Positions 50,273 through 62,973 of a stretch of DNA of 64,000 bases are shown piece by piece; position 1 is the stretch's first letter, and every line of letters begins with the position of its first letter. This DNA comes from Eremomyces bilateralis CBS 781.70 (taxonomy: Eukaryota), in the NCBI GenBank assembly GCA_010015585.1, contig ML975177.1. One strand, given 5' to 3'. The notes beneath the pieces are model-generated. The model was given only the letters and a program-made list of their open reading frames with translations. It did not search any database and was not told the DNA's origin. The translations under genes were made by a program, and so were the position numbers.

Positions 50273-50821
50273 ATCTTTCATACATCTTACATTACACACC
50301 CCTAGTTCAACCGGATTATTATAATGATCATTGTTCTCTGAAGTCAATTAAAGTCGAAGCGACAGGGAAGAGCCAGGTGTACTTGCGCAAGGTATATCGA
50401 TATTACATTAATTCCTCTCGGACTCCCAGGCTCCTGCTAGGTGAACGCCGCAAGAGATGAAGAGGCGTATTCCCTCGTCCATCCGTATTCCTGACATTAT
50501 TAGCCATTCAGTTGTGTAGGGCGCCGATACTTATCCCCAGTCCGCAATTGAGAACCGCTATTTGTTTCGTTCTGTACTCTTGGCCTGTCGAATCCATGGA
50601 TATGACAGCCTCATTGACTGGACTGGCTTGTACCTTACAAGGTATTGTATGCTGGAATTCACTAAATCATATCCTGTAACAGACACTCGTTGAGGCAGGT
50701 GTGAGTATCCTTGAGACCACGACCTGTGAATGAACCTTTTGAAGTTGCTGACAAGTGACCACGAGACAACGATTTGTCGCATAAAAATAGTTGGACATTT
50801 GATTTCGCTCCCCATGCCTTT

Positions 50822-52642
50822 CTACAGTTGGTATCGGAATTGCGGATTCTTCCGGTCCGTGAGGTCATCGTCGTAAGCATGCTCAAATGCTTCAATACCC
50901 TTCGAGTCTCGGCGCTTGTTCTCCCACATGCACACAAGCCGATAGACAATCGACAATCCCGCTGCGACGATGGCAGTAACCAGCACAACGATGAAACCCG
51001 GGCCATAGCGTGGGGCGTCCTTTGGCTTAAACACTAGGGGTCCGACAACGTTTCCTGAAATGGCATTGTTAGCACATCTAGGATCATGGGAAGCTGCATC
51101 TTGAAGCCAACCTACCTAAGCAATATCCCATGAATATTCCGGAGCTGGTGATACTTCGCTTGGTATATCCAGCAGTGTTGGCAATCTGTTGTCCCATTTG
51201 GACGGCATAACCACCCCCAAACGACGCCAGGATGTAGACACCAACCAGGAGGCCACCCTTTTGGTCGCGCGGCAGGAGCCAAAGCAAGAAGCTGCCAACA
51301 ATGGTGCCGATCTGGCACACAGCAATAAGGTAGCTTCGAGTGCCGGGGACCTTATAAGCAATGTACGGCACCACCCACTCGATCGTACCGGTAACGACCC
51401 CCGCCGGCATAGTAAGGAGCAACGAGTTGAGGGTGCTATAGCCAAAGCCGGAGATAATGATGGGAATGAAGGTGCTCACGGGTCCGTTCGCGATCATGAT
51501 TAGGAAAGCCATGGCGAACATGATCCAGAATTTGATGTCGGTGAGCGCATCGACGACCTGGTCCATCTTATAATGCGTGTTGCGGACACCGGTATTGTTG
51601 GATCGGACGCGCGCAACGGCAATATACCGCTCGCGGTCGGTGAAACCCTTGGCACGAACTGGGTCTGGAGGCATGAAGAAGTAGATGCAGAAAGCCCAGA
51701 GACTACAATTTGCATGAGCGAGACGCCCCAGTGTTTGGGAGCGGGATAGGATGGAACTTACATCGTGATTGCACCAGCAACGAGGTACATGTACTGCCAT
51801 GAGTTCAAACTACCCCCCTTGATATGGCCCAGTCCGTAGTTGATCAGGGGGGACACAATGGAGACGTAGCCGGTGCAGCAGTACCACCAGCCTTTGCCAC
51901 GGTCAGCATGAGATATTTTTTACATCGATTGCACTTACCCATTCGCAATGCCTGTTCATCCTTCTTATACCATCCTATCCTTTCGGTTAGCGTTTTGCCG
52001 AGATGTTTATGAGATTTGGGCATTCCACGAACCGCCAACTACCAACATGAACATCGGAGAGATGCCCGACTCGAGAAAGCCGAGGAAGAAGCGCTGCACG
52101 TATAGGTGTCGCCACGTTGAGCAACCAGCTGTCGACATCAAACAAGCGCCCCAGAGAATTACAATGCCAGCTGCAACACGCTCGATTGGCCATCGTTGTG
52201 CCATTACGATGGCTGGATAGCTGCCGACGATGAAACCGAGATAGAAAATTGCGGCAGAAAAGGAGTACCGATCTCCAACATTGAGATCCAAATCATCTCG
52301 CAATCCAAAGAGTGCCTAAGGAATCCGTCAGCGACTATAGTTTTGGGATAGCATGGGCCTCAGGTGGGATGGTCTTACAGCTTGAGACAGCATAGCCTTA
52401 TCGTAGTACTGAAGACCATAAGTCATACAAAGGATGCTCATCAGCTTCAGGTCGATCTTGCGCCTGAGGCTCTTTTCCTCCTGCTCTGTCCATGTCTCCT
52501 CGCCGCGGTAGGCCGCCAGGACTTTCATGGCCTCATCACCATGGATCGTGTCCACCGTCATCGTCTTGTGCAGGTCCTCCACGACCTGTGGAGCCTCCGC
52601 ATCGTGCTTAACATCAGGGACGAATTCCTTCTCCTGTGACAT
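50822..52642 (-). CDS. MFS transporter, allantoate permease (Dal5/ACS) family
   Basis: LRRKIDLKLM..YGLQYYDKAMLSQA, YSFSAAIFYLGF, QRFFLGFLES, WYKKDEQ..RMG, NTAGYTKR, GNVVGPL.F.PKDAPRY, DLTDRKNPQFRYQL. Several introns. Confidence 0.92.
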
Positions 52643-55156
52643 GCTGGCGATTGAGAAAGCAGAACAAGTATCCCAAGTCTAATCAAGTGAAAGCCAATGG
52701 GACTGACTGGAAGCGATGGAAGGAAGGGACTCTCGCTAGACTGACTTCAAGGCGGGATGGAAAGGATCAATAGCTATGTTATGGATACGAGCCGGAAATG
52801 GCTTTACAGGTATAAAAGAGCCGCAAGCAAAAGGCAAATCCCAAAGTTAATCTTAACCCGAGGGTATGGAGGTCTAGAGCGTGCGGGGAGTTGTCCTGAA
52901 TATCATCATGTCGGCAATAGTGAATTGCGTGCATTTGGAAGCAGTATCCGGCGGGATAGCGACTCATCGTGCAGAGTGAATGAGCAACAGTAGGGAGAAC
53001 GTGCGTTAGCGACTTGGCGTATCCCCATTTCTCCGCCTCTGGAAGTGGATCCGCGATGTTAGGCATGAACGATTCATGCTCTAGGTTCGGGGTTAACGAA
53101 TCGGAGCCTGAACGAATGCAAGGCGGACCTAAACGAGGAGATGCAACCCGAACCTAGGGGATAACTTACGGGTAAGATCTGCAAAATCTTTGCGACCTTG
53201 TGGCCGGTTGAAATCGCCTGTAAGTTAGTGCTGAGATCGGGGCCTTTCAATACTGGTATGATGGTATCATCTACAGATATATTCTGTGGGTCTCTCAATT
53301 CTCATGCCTCTCATGAAACAAGAGAACGAAGATGTGTCCTCGAAAGATGTCTGGTAACATTCCGATTCCTGAAGCATCCCCAGCTCTTCGCCGTATTTCC
53401 TGCTAACCGACGTCTGCCGATGTTCGCCTAAGCTTTGGCGTCCGTAAGCGACGATGCCTAGAGTGCTTGGAAACCTTGACTATTGGTAGGGTGCGTGAAT
53501 GGTCATTCCCGTGTCCGAAGAAATGGAAATAAGACATTTTATGCAGGACGAAATGCGCCAATGCCTTGAACCAGGGTATAAAACGGATGGTCCGCCATAA
53601 GCCCCAAACAGGACACTGAATAGTGAAAAGTGGAAGACCAGGGACACGAGATCGAGGACATAAACGAGTCACGATCGGTCGTCAGTATGTCATTGAAGGC
53701 GGGTCTATTGGTCACTTGCCCGGTTGACTGATTCCCAACTTCGGCTGGTGTTCACAGCTCGCGAGAGCTCAGAGCTCCATATGTTTTATGGCACGCTAAA
53801 TCTAGAGAGCAGATGAGGGGAATCATGTACGTAGTAGGTTCAGTATTCACTGATTCAGGTTGGAAAACCGCGCCAGTCGCCCTAGCATCTTGTGCCGCAC
53901 CATAATAAGTGAGGGGGAAAGGGGTCATTTCATGTTCTGTGTGGAGTATTACTGAGAGATGTGGAAACTGGAAAGATTGGTCAACTCCCGGTGGCTGCCG
54001 GGTTCCATCAAAAATCCAGAAGGTTGGACAATTGGCGATTTCCAGCCTCCTCAATGGCTCAATCCCATCTCTGCGTCCCCGCCTGCCAATAAACATCTGA
54101 TGAATCATGAATCGTGAATCCCAATTCTCGATGCTCCCGCTCCCCGCATCCGGAGATCATGATACAGCGAGCGGAGAGTGGGGATGGGGTAATTCCCGAG
54201 TGTTACCGAACTTGCGGATGAGACTAGGATGAAGAATGACGAGACTAAGTTCTCACGCATCATCATTGATGATCATCATTCTTGGAAGTTCTGTAATCTA
54301 TATTAATAGTAATACTGCCTGAAGCTTCCATGAAAGTCCAACACGATTGACTAACATCCTTTAGGGCCTGGCGAATAGTTGGCTGAATAGAGAGTCGGAA
54401 GAACTATTCCCGAGCGTTTAATGGGCCACCTCGTGTTTCTGCCAAGGCCCATAGGTCATAAGAGCGACAGGGCATGCCAAACGAAGAAATTAGCATCCTG
54501 CCAGTCCCAGGCATACTGGTTTTTGATCCATCAAGTTGGCGGACAAGGGAGAGACCTCGTCAGTTGTCTAGGGTGGCGAAAATTGTCAATGATGTCGGGA
54601 TAGAGAGGGGACACGCATGATGGAGAGAGAAACCTCATATTTTGGGTTCACATTCGTGGCCCAGATCAACCAACAGAAGAGCCCCAGAGGTCGTTATCTG
54701 GTCGTTAGGTATTCTATGCCTTCGATCCCAGCGGCCTCATTACATAGACAGGCTCCCACCATGCTGCCGCAACTGCTGCTGCATTTGCTTGTTATATTTG
54801 ATTCTCCAGCACTCGGACACGTAAATTGGGGTAATACGCTTTTCTTTGATGCTTGCAAGCGATTTCCAGCTGACAATTGCGTGTTTCTGTCGCATTTCCT
54901 CGTGCCGTTGTCGAAATAGGTATCCTGGTAGGTGAAGCCCGACCATCCCCTCTTCGTAGTCCAAGCGATTCCAGTTGAGGGCTCCGGATCCGTTAAGTCA
55001 TAAAATAATTTGGTTCAGAGGGAGCCATGTCTGCGAAGTATGAAACCCTCCAGCTTCGACCTATCCAAAGCACAGGTCTAGATGGTGGTTAAAGAAAGGA
55101 TATCCAGGAACGCCACATATCCTCGTTCATCAATGGATCCCGCAAATGTATGAAGC

Positions 55157-56377
55157 CTAGATCTTCGAGGCCGCGATCATAACCTCTTGAGTGATTTGAT
55201 CACCCTTTTTCCTGATAGGTCCCAATCTCCCGATTTTCATAAGTCGTTGTATCATATCCTCATCACCGAAATGGGAATTGTGCTCAAACTCGGGCTCCTC
55301 TCCATACGCTAATCGAGCCGCGTCGACACAGATGCGAGCTGTCATGCCAAAGACACGGAACCGGTCTGGCGGGGCATCCTTGATGCGGACAGGATATGTT
55401 GGATCGTTCTTGGGATCTGTTTGCCTTAGGGTGCTGGAGGTTGGCATGGTCCGCGTCGGCTTGGGTTGATCCTTCGTACTCGTCCCTAGATCTTTTGCCG
55501 CCTCCGTGGAGGCTTCTTCAAGCTGCCTCGCCCACGCGACAGATTGTCCTGCTCGGGGGACGAAGAAATTGTGCATCCTCCACTGGCTCTCGTGCCACCC
55601 GGTCCACTCCCCTCGATACCATTCCGCTGGAAATCCTGCGGCTTCAGCCCCAGGGGCGGATCCCGCAGGGGCAGCGACGTGCTCTTCAGTTGCCCGCAGG
55701 AAGTTATGGAACGATGCCGTGAACACCGCGGCGACTTCTTTCGGGTCCAGATGTGGGATCAGGGCCTCTTCGGCGGTGGGAATTCGCCGTGACGTATCCT
55801 TGGAAAGCCGCGATGCACTGAGGAAAGCGATGCATGGTCGGACCCCCAGTTCGGTTCGGGCCAGGTTCGTTGGCATTTGACATAGGTGTTCGATGGTGTA
55901 GGGCCAGGGGAGTTCGGTGTCGAGGAGAGGGAGCCCAATTTCTTCGTATGCTTCTCGACGCGCGATTTGAAACGCAGTTTCTGAGGTTGAATCGGCCTTA
56001 CCTAATGCTTGTGTCAGCTACCTACACTGCAGTATATCTAGATAGGATTGCTGGATTACATACCTCCGGGAAATGCAGCCTCTCCCGCATCTGCAGTGTC
56101 ACATTAGTATCTGTCCCGCTATACAATCGCAGTGGTCATACAAGAATTCAAGTGTTTGGACCGGATGGTCAGAACAACCCTAAGGTCTCCCCTCTTGTCG
56201 GCGAACAATAATATTAGGACGGCGGCTCTGCGGCTCAAGGGAAGGCTGTAATAAGGAGTTGGAGGTGGGATGTACGCTCTCATGCGCGCTATGGCTTGCT
56301 GCTGTTGTTAGCAACGGCAGGTATCAAATCCCATGCATTGGAACACTTACCGCCGAAGCTGATGATAGAGTAGCCAT
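55157..56377 (-). CDS. Nudix hydrolase, CoA diphosphatase (Pcd1/NUDT7-like) with PTS1-like end
   Basis: Spliced N-terminus RRAAVLILLFADKRGDLRVVLTIRS..AAFPG|GKAD..ETAFQIARREAYEEIGL (Nudix box), FRVFGMTARICVDAARLAY, C-terminal SKI. Three introns. Confidence 0.88.
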
Positions 56378-57150
56378 TGAAACCAATTTACATACTCATT
56401 GTTCAGGGAAGCACCCATCCTGCAAAGGGCGATCTTGGTGACTTTAACCACAGTCTGTCGCTGGAAGCCGAGGTTTGACAGCGGCTGGGGTATGCCGCCT
56501 GCCGGGCTGTGATTCTTATCCCAACGACGATCACTCCTCTAACTACGTCTATATGTAGTAGTTAGGGCCAATTGATCAATTGAACCTCAGGTCAATCCGA
56601 ACGATATCGCCCGCACAGTATGCTCCGGCCATCGAATTAAACGGCGAGCATCGTCGCCATAGGCATGTTTGATGGCTTAGAACTATCCTCCAGTGCCCCC
56701 ACCCGTTCTGCAGCTTGAAGTCGACGAAATCAGGGACGTTATTGACGATACCCTGAAATTTGAGTACAGAGACTCCACCGTTTAATGTCTATGTCCGAAT
56801 CATAGTTACGGTAAGCGTATCCCCTCCGTGAAGTCCAGGTCAGAGTGATGTTCTTGCTCAAGTTGTATTTGTTCATAGTAATATCCAATTTTAACTGGTC
56901 ATTCGCGGCGAAGCTGAAATCACGATGTCGTCACCCTTTCACAAGACGGTGTTATCGTACTATTCAGTATGACGACCAACCCCCTTTTTCCGCTGGATTC
57001 CCTCCGTAAGGTTCCGTTAGAGTTTTTATATGCGTTTTCGAAAAGCTTCCTCAGAGTCTATTCATTGTTCAGTTCAAGTCAGTTCACTTTTCCTGTCTAC
57101 TATCAAAGCACTCCCGTTGTTTGCCAGCAATCACCTTGTGACTGGACACC

Positions 57151-59707
57151 ATGTCGTCAATCGCAATTCGGAGCATGGGCCCCGAAGGGACGGATGTTGC
57201 AAAGTTGTCTGCATATGGGGAGGCCCGATCAACCGTGAACAAGAACCCATTGACAAAAGATGAATTGGAGAAGAGCACCAAGTACTTCTACGCCTCTCTC
57301 TATCTCTCTCTAGGGATGATCTACCTCAAGCAGAACCCTCTCTTAAGGGAACCTCTCCAAACGAAGCATCTGAAAGCTCGATTGCTGGGACACTGGGGTT
57401 CTGATGCAGGACAAAGCTTCACCTACATCCACTTCAACCGATTGATCAAGAAGTATGACCTCGACGCGATATTCATTTCCGGTCCCGGTCATGGAGCACC
57501 AGCTGTTCTCTCCAACTCCTACCTCGAGGGTGTCTACTCCGAGGTGTATCCGGACAAGAGCCAGGATATTGAAGGCATGCGTCGGTTCTTCAGGCAATTC
57601 TCCTTCCCCGGCGGTATTGGCAGCCATGCGACGCCCGAGACTCCTGGCAGTATGCATGAAGGCGGCGAGCTTGGATACTCGATCTCCCATTCATTCGGGG
57701 CAGTGTTCGATAACCCCAGTTTGATCTCAGTAACGATGGTCGGAGATGGCGAAGCGGAGACTGGCCCTATGGCGACCAGCTGGCACAGTACCAAGTTCCT
57801 TAATCCCATAACAGACGGTGCTGTTCTTCCTGTGCTCAATCTCAACGGGTACAAGATCAACAATCCCACCGTTCTGGCTCGAATCGATCATGAAGAACTT
57901 GAGAGCTTGTTTCTCGGCTACGGTTGGACCCCCTACTTCGTCGAAGGGAGCGACTTGGACTCTATGCACCAAGCCATGGCTTCTACCCTTGAAGAGTGCG
58001 TCCTGAAGATCAGGCAGTATCAAAAACAGGCTCGGGAATCCGGAAAGGCGTTCCGTCCGCGATGGCCAATGATCATACTTCGAGCTCCCAAAGGGTGGAC
58101 GGGTCCCAGGAAGCTCGGTCCCCATTACTTGGAAGGGTTCTGGCGGGCCCATCAGGTTCCAATCACCGACGTTCATACCAAAGAGGAAAGTTTGAAAACC
58201 CTCGAAAAATGGATGAAGGGCTATGAACCCGAGAAACTTTTCGACAAGAACGGTACTCTGGTGCCCGAACTGCGGGAGCTGGCACCGAGTGGCGATCGCC
58301 GGATGAGCGCCAATCCGGTGACGAACGGCGGACGCATGAAGCAGAAGCTGCATATCCCCGACTTCCGAGACTATGCGTTCAGAGATGTCTCCCCCGGTGC
58401 CACGTTCGCCGGCAGCATGGAAAACTTCGCCACTTTCCTTCGCGACATTGCGGCGCAGAATCTCAAGAGTTTCCGGGTTTTCGGTCCCGATGAAACCCAG
58501 TCGAACAAGCTGCAGAAAATCTACGAGGTCGGGAAGAAGGTCTGGCTGGGAAGTTACTTCAAAGAGGATGAGGATGGAGGGAATCTGGCGCTGGAGGGCC
58601 GCGTCATGGAGATGCTCAGTGAGCATACGGTTGAAGGATGGCTGGAAGGATACGTCCTGACTGGACGACACGGCCTTCTGAACAGCTACGAGCCTTTCGT
58701 TCACATCATTGATAGCATGGTCAATCAGCACTGCAAGTGGATTGAGAAGTGTCTTGAAGTGGAATGGCGAGGGAAAGTCTCGTCGCTCAACCTTCTCTTG
58801 ACGGCTACTGTTTGGCGGCAAGGTATTTGGTGGACCGTGATTTCTTAGTTACCTGGAGACTCTGACCGATGAGACAGATCACAACGGTTTTACACATCAG
58901 GACCCCGGGTTCCTCGATGTCATTTGCAACAAATCTCCGGATGTGGTTCGCATCTACCTGCCTCCCGATGGAAATTGCCTTCTGTCCGTGGCCGATCATT
59001 GCTTCCGCTCATCCAACTATGTCAACGTTATCGTCGCGGACAAGCAGAACCATCTACAGTATCTGAGCATGGAGGACGCGGTCACGCATTGTACCAAGGG
59101 CATCGGCATCTGGGACTGGGCGTCGAATGATGCTGGCGAGGAGCCGGACGTGGTACTGGCTACTTGTGGAGATGTACCAACGCAAGAGTCCCTGGCTGCG
59201 ACTAGTCTCCTTCGCGAGCATCTACCCGACCTCAAGGTCCGCTTCGTTAACGTTGTGTAAGTTTGCAAGATCAATCCCTTTTCAGTCGATACTCACAAGA
59301 TGCCTAGGGATCTGTTCCGAATCCAGGCCAAGTCCTTCCACCCGCATGGTCTAGACGACAAGGAATTCCAGGCCGTCTTCACTCCCGACAAACCCGTCAT
59401 CTTCAACTTCCATTCCTACCCCTGGCTCATCCATCGCTTGATTCACAGCCGGGCCTCGTCGCACAACTTCCTGGTCCGAGGATACATGGAGAAGGGCAAC
59501 ATCAACACTCCGTTGGAGCTGGCCATTCGCAACAATGTGGATCGGTTTTCGATCGCCATCGATGCCATTGACCAAGCTCCGAGGCTGGGGAACTCGGCGT
59601 CAGGGGTGCGAGACCGGCTGTTGGATCAGCGGGTCAAGGCGCAGAATTTCGCGTATCATGAAGGCCTTGACATCGCCGAACTGACGGACTGGCGCTGGCC
59701 ATATTGA
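57151..59707 (+). CDS. xfp: xylulose-5-phosphate/fructose-6-phosphate phosphoketolase
   Basis: [37 protein letters not shown] motif [47 protein letters not shown]. Introns near 58823 and 59257. Confidence 0.96.
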
Positions 59708-62700
59708 GGGCATGTTGCGCCGAACCAGCACAAGGTAATCGAACTATTCTGCTTTCCGATGCCATAATGGTGTTGAGAATTGGAGTCACTGGGTTTTAGT
59801 AATGGTATCTGTTTGGACTTTGTATCTCTCTCCTCTTCCTGCCGTGACTGGTACACATCAGTTCATCTGTCGTGTCTGGCATGCAAATTACACTTGCGAA
59901 CCCCCCCACTGCTGATTCCCTCCGCCCTCCAGAATCTAGACTCAAGAGGCGTGAATCACGGTAGAGGAGTCCAATATTGATTGGGGCGGCACCGCCCTGG
60001 ATCCTCGTAAAGGAGCATTTCCAATGCAGGATGCAGCACATGATGTTTGGCATGGCTAGACGTTATGTAGTTCATACGCAGAAGTATGTCTTGCAACCGT
60101 CTTGCCGGTGCTTCACAATTTGGGCAACCATGTTATATCGGATGGCCCGTTGCGGCGGCACTGTTGAACCATGGCTAATATCCAACTCATTGCCTAACCA
60201 TGTCTCTGGGGTCTTATTGGACCTACTCTCGATGCGATGGACCAGCTGCATCATGTATGCAAGACAATATCTGTACAAGGGTCGATACGAATTCAAACAT
60301 GGGAAGCTTCGGTGTTTTGAGCAGCGATTTGGAGGAGAAAAGAATGGTCTGCTCCTTAGTTGGGCACGCTGTGAGTATAGATATTCGATGGTCTTGAACT
60401 GCACGAGCGAACTTGGCGATTTTCTCCACCAACAGAACTGCCGGTTGGGTATAAGAACAGTAATGATAGGTAGATCAGGCTTACCATACCTTGACCTGAC
60501 CCGATATGCAACCATTCCACCATTTAGGATGCACGTTGGGGAAGGAGACCTTCCATCCCGACCAGGGAGGAGGGGTTTATACAGGTTCCTACCTTCCGTC
60601 GTACGTAATCTATCTATATCGCTCAGCATAAGGTCAAGGGGTAGGATCGCCAGGATGAGGCCAGAGGAACGGATTTTAAAGGCGGAACACCCGAACACTT
60701 GTCGAACACTGGCACATACGCGAGTCGGGTCCCGTTCCAAGAGATCCAACCAGTTTCCTACAATCGTCCCGCCAATGTCCGTGATACAAGTTACAACTGG
60801 TCTGCATCGTCGCATCGGAGGAATGAGGTGTAGTTGACTCATTTGGTTCAACGCTTCCAAGTCCTGATGTGCACTGGTTGTTCCCAGTCGGCTGGGCGGG
60901 CAGGGATGGACAGGCCAATCTATCCCAGCCTGTTTCAGGTGTTCAGCAGAACATGAGGATGAGGATGGAAACCCAAACGGGTTCGGAGAATATGGTGGGC
61001 GGTGGCACCCAGGCTGGAAATACGCTGTCATCCAAACCGGCCGCGGACCTTCGAAGGTCCAAGTTCCAACGGATCTAAAGGGCCATGGGATCCAAGGCCG
61101 GCCTAGCAGAGCAACGGCATCGGAGCCCACACCGATCATCATGCAGCAGCGAGAATGGCGTCGCGTATGCATGAGAATTCAGTGCAGCTGGCCTTGCGCG
61201 TTACGACACGAAGCAGTTTTTCCCGCACTCCCACCCCCAGTTTCCCCTCCTTGCATTAGCCAGCGGTTCCCGTTGGCCAGGAACCGGAGGTGCGACCGAA
61301 CTAAGGAACCAGAGCACCTGGGCCGCAGCCCGGCACAAGCCACCAGGACGCAGCGTGGAGGATGATGCTCCCTGATGATCGTGGAACGGAGGCGGAACAG
61401 AGGTTGGATGGGCGGGGAAGAAGGGTCACGCGGGGCGGAGGACGCCAACCAGAAGGGCCAGGGGTGGTTAGCTCCCCAAAACTCAAACCTTCAGCGTATG
61501 GTGGTGTCCGCAGATGGCCGAATATCGACGGCAACGGTCATCAGGAGATGAATAGAACACCCTGTTTGGGAGGCAATGAGCGGAGGATGGATAAGTCAGT
61601 ACGAGTAGGATACCGTCTGGCGGTACTCTGAGCAATTACAGTCTTCTGTGAGAACGGTAGGACCGAGGACCATCGAATTTCTCCGCTGGTCCCACGAGGG
61701 TTGGACAAGCAGAGAGGCACGAGCAGGAGAAGCAGTGGTTGATGTTGAGCCAAGGGGGGCTGCATGTCTGAAGTTACGGTGCTCAGAATACATAGTACCA
61801 GTCGTCGCTTTGCCAAATGGTTGCTCATAGTAGTAATGTAGTACCTACTGCTTCAGTGTATCGGTACTGTAGGTGTTATTATATTAGATTATTTGCAAGT
61901 TGCAAGCCATTAGGTATTAATATTGGAGGCCGATGCACAACATGAACTGGGACATGGCAAGAGGACAGGGACAGGATGAGAAAGCAAATGGATGAGGAAG
62001 TTGACACCTTGTCGCCTTATAGGTTGTATTTATGCCTTGGCGCCTTGGCGCCTTGACGCCCTAAACGCCTGCTAGTACCAGCAGCAGTGGGAACGCGGTC
62101 TAAACCTCCAATCCCCCCAGAATGATCTCCTCCTCCATGTCCATATCCATCCCCACACCCACTTTTGTCGCTCTCCCAATCCCATATCTCCTCTCCTGAT
62201 GGCTACTTTATCCTTTTCATCCTGTTACTACCTGGTCCTGTCGGCATCTCCGGTCTCCTTTTGATCCATTCTGTATTCCACCCGTCCTTGTGCAGCATCT
62301 GTCGTTGTTGGTGGTGACGTGCGTGGTCCTGCACCCACATGTCAGCTGTCTCTCGCCATTTCATTTCCCAAACCACGAAAGAAAAAAAACGCTGGGCGGC
62401 CAATTCTCTCATCCTCTGCAGCCGACACGAGTTCTACGTTCCGGTCGACTTCTCTGCTCTTGACCGGATTCAATTCTAGAGCTTCGACCGCCCGACTCGG
62501 ATATCCTCCGGAGAATATCGCGTTCGGTCGTTCTTCACCTCCCGCTCGCTCCTTCCTTCTCCAGGATTGGGAATCTCGTACGATGATTTAGCAGCGTGGT
62601 CGGTCGTGGTCGGGTTTGTGTATACCGGTGTAAAGAACTAAATATCCGAGGTTCTCCGTCTTTCTTCGATCCAACTTCGACTCTCGTTTCCCTTCCTGCC

Positions 62701-62973
62701 GGGCGTCGAGGGGTCGTCCCCCGCCGACATTCGATATCAAGCGCGACATCCACGCGTCGTCCTCAGCATCTGTACGGAAGATTCGCCATGAACTCCCTCG
62801 CTGGATCTGTCTGATCGATTCGGAATCTGGCAGCCCATTGGCATGTCGGGAGGACAATTGCACGTTCGGGGATATTGTCAATATACTGGGAAACGGTCTG
62901 CCGTTAGGTACATTTTACGTTTGGCACGCTTCATCTCGCGTCGTTCGTTTGTTCTGAACTTCGTTCCTTATAA

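Larger units (their letters stand above)
47037..50304 (+). mobile_element. hAT-superfamily DNA transposon, full length (3268 bp)
   Basis: Perfect 8-bp TSD GTTCAACC at 47029-47036 and 50305-50312. Imperfect TIRs TAGGGATGTGTAAAGT and (reverse complement of right end) TAGGGGTGTGTAATGT, similar to Ac-type YAGGGATG ends. Internal transposase ORF. Confidence 0.95.

Noticed and set aside
52700..55100. Short ORFs upstream of the MFS gene
   Set aside because: No domain or splice-consistent model. Treated as promoter or intergenic DNA.
62034..62070. Decaying 8-bp repeat (GCCTTGGC)n upstream of RIM15
   Set aside because: Simple short minisatellite with no evidence of function.
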